A program made the position numbers and the translations under genes. Shown in pieces: positions 60,396-64,000 of a DNA stretch of 64,000 bases (position 1 is the stretch's first letter; each line of letters begins with the position of its first letter). The stretch lies in contig NC_043002.1 in assembly GCF_006345805.1 (NCBI RefSeq), forward strand, positions 114,142,001 to 114,206,000. The letters run 5' to 3'. The notes below the pieces were generated by a model that had not been told where the DNA came from, made no database searches, and saw nothing but the letters and a program-made list of their open reading frames with translations. The DNA comes from Octopus sinensis. Its lineage: Eukaryota.

Positions 60396-61153
60396 CACGA
60401 CGACGACGATGACCACGACCACCACGACCACCACGACCAGCCGTTCAAGAATTTGGACCTGGAGATCTCCATTTCCAGCGACTTCGAGGTGTCAGGCATC
60501 AACGAAGAGCCCGCGACTACAACAAGTCGACCAAAGTCTTTTTTCTTTCAAGGTCTGGGGTCTCTCGCCCCGAAGCCCTAGACCATCACCTAATCACCCT
60601 TACCCGTATTGTTGCTTAACTACCACCACCAAATTCACTCAAAGACTGCACCTTCCTCTCTATCCTCATTTTCTTCTTCAAGTGAAACTTTACAAAAAAT
60701 TTACAAGGTGCAGGAGTGGCTGTGTGGTAAGTAGCTTGCTTATGAACCACATGGTTCCGGGTTCATTCCCACTGTGTGGCACCTTGGGCAAGTGTGAGTG
60801 GATTTGGTAGACGGAAACTGAAAAAAGCCCATCGTATATATGTATATATATGTGTGTGTGTGTATATGTTTGTGTGTCTGTGTTTGTCCCCCCAATATCG
60901 CTTGCCAACCGATGCTGGTGTGTTTATGTCCCTGTAACTTAGCGGTTCAGCAAAAGAGACTGATAGAATAAGTACTAGGCTTACAAAGAATAAGTCCTGA
61001 GGTCGATTTGCTCGACTAAAGGTGGTGCTCCAGCATGGCCACAGTCAAATGACTGAAACAAGTAAAAGAGTAAAAGAGTAAGGGATCTATCAAAGAGACA
61101 AGTCTCTGTCCACAAGCTTTCCAACCCCATCCATCAGACAACATCTTTTGCAA
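59812..61153. repeat. Inverted duplication, ~464-bp arms (SINE A plus flanks), microsatellite-containing spacer
   Basis: 59812..60275 vs 60690..61153. Both SINE copies share the same internal deletion and non-SINE flanks. Confidence 0.9.
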
Positions 61154-61950
61154 TTGCCACCAGACAAAGGAAAACTGTCTTACCTGTCTAATTGAAGGAA
61201 GGTTGTCGGCCAATCATCACTATGAAGTCAGCCAACTGATAGATCCATACCACACACAACAACAGCTGTTCAACAATACTCCACAAAAACTCAGTAAGGT
61301 TGGACATTGAAAAAGTGTACATAGAAAGATTTCATCAATCTTTGTGCATATGAGACAAGCTGATCTGATGGCACATCCATGCCTGTAGAGTTTATCACAA
61401 ACTTGTAGCACCCTTCAGTAGCACTGCAAGGCCAAGGACTTCTGGAAATTAGCCACAGTGGCCTCTGACTGGAAAGTCCTCCAAAATAGACTAGCCAGTT
61501 CATTTTCATCAATGCCTGGAGTCTTCCTGAGAGCATCATCACATTTCCTACACTAAACCCCTATCCTTTATATATTGCTAGAGTGGAACATCCATTGTTT
61601 GACTGGTAAAGGTCTGTGAGCACCAGATGACACTCAAGGCGCCAGGCACCCAGTCTCTGACTTTCCTATACCCAGGATGCAGCTCTGTCAAGGATACAAG
61701 CTGCAGAAAAACTTGTCTCACAAATGGGGCTCAGACACAGTCACTGCCTTGGAATCATGGTAGGTACAAAACCTCAGTACGTGTCTGTGTATTGGAAGCC
61801 ACAGCATACCCGGTTCACCATGCAGAAGGTGCTGGCAGCACTTTGACTGCCTGGCCATTGAAATACATCCTTTCCACAAGAAAAATAGATAACAGGCATT
61901 CCAACCTAATCAAGTGGTAGCCAGAGCAAAGCATAACAGGCAAGTGGTAA
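61081..61950 (-). mobile_element. L1/Tx1-like LINE ORF2 C-terminal (zf-RVT-like) relic
   Basis: NFQKSLA..VLQVCDKLYRHG..SACLICTKIDE..TLFQCP. Confidence 0.55.
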
Positions 61951-62072
61951 ATAATAATGGGAGTGAGTGACTTATAAGCACCTTCCATGCTGCAATTGTT
62001 TTTGTTTCAGCACACAATCTCAGATCAGGTCACTTGCTATGCAAGTACATCTCTGTAATATATAAATGAATA

Positions 62073-62234
<162 letters not shown>

Positions 62235-62241
62235 CGTGTGT

Positions 62242-62510
62242 GGAGGCGCAATGGCCTAGTGGTTAGGGCAGCGGACTCGCGGTTGTAGGATCGCGGTTTC
62301 GATTCCCAGACCGAGTGTTGTGAGTGTTTATTGAGCGAAAACACCTAAAAGCCCCACGATGCTTCGGCAGGGGGTGGTGATCCCTGCTGTACTCTTCCAC
62401 CACTCTTTCTCTCACTCTTCTGTTGGCCTGCTCACTTAGCCAGCAGGGTGGCGTCATTCGAAGGCTAAAACAATGCGAACGCATTGTGACTGATGGTCTG
62501 GTCGGTCACG
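62242..62510 (+). mobile_element. tRNA-derived SINE family D
   Basis: GGAGGCGCAATGGCCTAGTGG (A box)..GGTTTCGATTCCC (B box). Confidence 0.75.
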
Positions 62511-62512
62511 TG

Positions 62513-62543
<31 letters not shown>

Positions 62544-62549
62544 CGTGTG

Positions 62550-63744
62550 ATGGGTATGTGAATGGCCCCCTCCTTTGCTAACATAGTCATGGGATATCTA
62601 GAAAATAGTCTTTATCGTAAGGTTCTAGAAAGATACGGCAGCCCTTTCTCCCTCTACATAGAAAGTAACTGGAAGAGATAGCTAGATGACTGTTTCATTC
62701 TTTGGTATGAAAATATAGAGAAACTTAAAGAATTCCAAGCACTTATAATTGGACTTGACGTAAGTATTCAATTCCTTCCTTTCTTCGACATCCTTGTTAA
62801 GAAATCTAACAACTAAATAGAAACAGATATATACTATAAGCCTACGGATTCCAAGCAATATCTACCATTCAGTTCATACCACCCCAGACACACCAGAATG
62901 AATATCTCTTTCAACCTAGCAAAAAGGATATGTACTATAGTTTCTAATGCAAACACTAGAGACACACAACTATATGAACTAAAAGATACACTCATCACCA
63001 GGAACTACCCACCTTCACTAATTGACATATGCTTTCAAAGTGTCCTTCAACTCAACATCCAGGAACTAAGACACCCCAAATTAAAGAAAAATTTACAACC
63101 AAAAGCCCTACCATACATCTCCACACACAACCCTCTCAACAATGAAGCCTTCGACTCCATCCTCCAAAACATACCTCTGCTAAAAAAGGACCACAGAATG
63201 AACTTAATCTTCCAAACACACACCATCATAAAAAGCAAGAGACAGCCCAAATCTATGAAAAGTCTCCTAACACAAGCCTGAATATGCTCAACAACACAAG
63301 CTGTCAGTAAAATAATGTGCAAGACCCAATTGTGGGATATGCAATTATCTAATTGAGGGATCAGAGTTCTTCTTCAAACAGGGACAATGTTTCACAGTGA
63401 AAAGCAACTTCACATGTGCTTCAGAGAACCGGATATACACACTAACCTTCTCTGGGTGTCAAGAGCAATACATAGGCCAAACAAAAAACAGTCTACGTAC
63501 AAGAATGGCCCTGCACAGATCCCAGATAAAAATTCCCCAAAACAGAAAAATAGCATTCAGCCAACACATAGACATTTACGCCAATAACAAAAATCCAAGC
63601 TTCAGAATTTTTCACCTCTACCAATTCAGGGACGATACAACCTGGAGCCAACGAATTAGTAAAGAGACTCTCTTTATTACAAAATACAGGCCCCTTCTGA
63701 ACGCGTCTATGACAAACGACATATCCACCTTGGCCTTAGAATAA
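62550..63744 (+). mobile_element. Penelope-like element relic (RT C-terminus plus GIY-YIG endonuclease)
   Basis: MG..MAPSFANIVMGYLE, WKR.LDDCF, PFF.DILV, TDIYYKPTDSKQYL..SYHPRHT, RNYPPSLID, FTCASENRIYTLT..CQEQYIGQTKNSLRTRMALHRSQI..E..I....PLLN. Stops and frameshifts present. Confidence 0.9.
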
Positions 63745-64000
63745 CACAAATTCACACGCAAATATTAAAAATGATACAATCAAGAGATTCCCAAGAATTC
63801 ATTAAAAAACAGTCCCAATCACTGCTATAGTCCATAACGTGCCAATTTTAAAGTCATTTAAACATTTAACACCTTACTACTTTCACACTACCTACATTCC
63901 TTCCTATTCTCCCTTCTCTTTCCTCTTCTTCTTCTTCTTCTTCTTCTTCTTCTTCCCTACCAAGAATTCACAACAACCTTGAACCCACAAGAGTAAATAA

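Noticed and set aside
60330-60581. Poly-Y/D/H or poly-T ORF with a coding-looking GC-rich tail
   Set aside because: Trinucleotide microsatellite origin; no recognisable domain or supportable splice structure.

Overview
AT-rich, repeat-dense eukaryotic (animal) DNA. The SINE/RTE/Penelope/Helitron landscape and microsatellites resemble an octopus-type cephalopod genome (inference, not verified). I can support two convergent spliced host genes. (1) A two-exon vanin/biotinidase-family (CN-hydrolase) gene on + (10131..10331 joined to 21192..22559, ~522 aa) whose catalytic Cys position is Ser. (2) A two-exon PPP1R15 (GADD34/CReP-like) eIF2alpha-phosphatase regulatory subunit on - (34429..33488 joined to 27691..27470, ~387 aa). 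The PPP1R15 gene appears to carry a full stress-response control set: an ATF4-type AARE, TATA+Inr, a short and a long uORF (the long one in frame with the CDS and containing a DRYW..PP motif) and a 3'UTR AU-rich element. The rest is mobile DNA: a hAT relic, Helitrons, a 2.9-kb Mutator/foldback element with 1.3-kb arms and a 9-bp TSD, MITEs, LINE fragments, a Gypsy relic plus solo LTR, and Penelope relics. Four type I hammerhead ribozyme motifs cluster at 47.1-50.0 kb, and long inverted repeats are frequent. All calls were made by eye without alignment or folding tools, and repeat boundaries are approximate unless a TSD is given.
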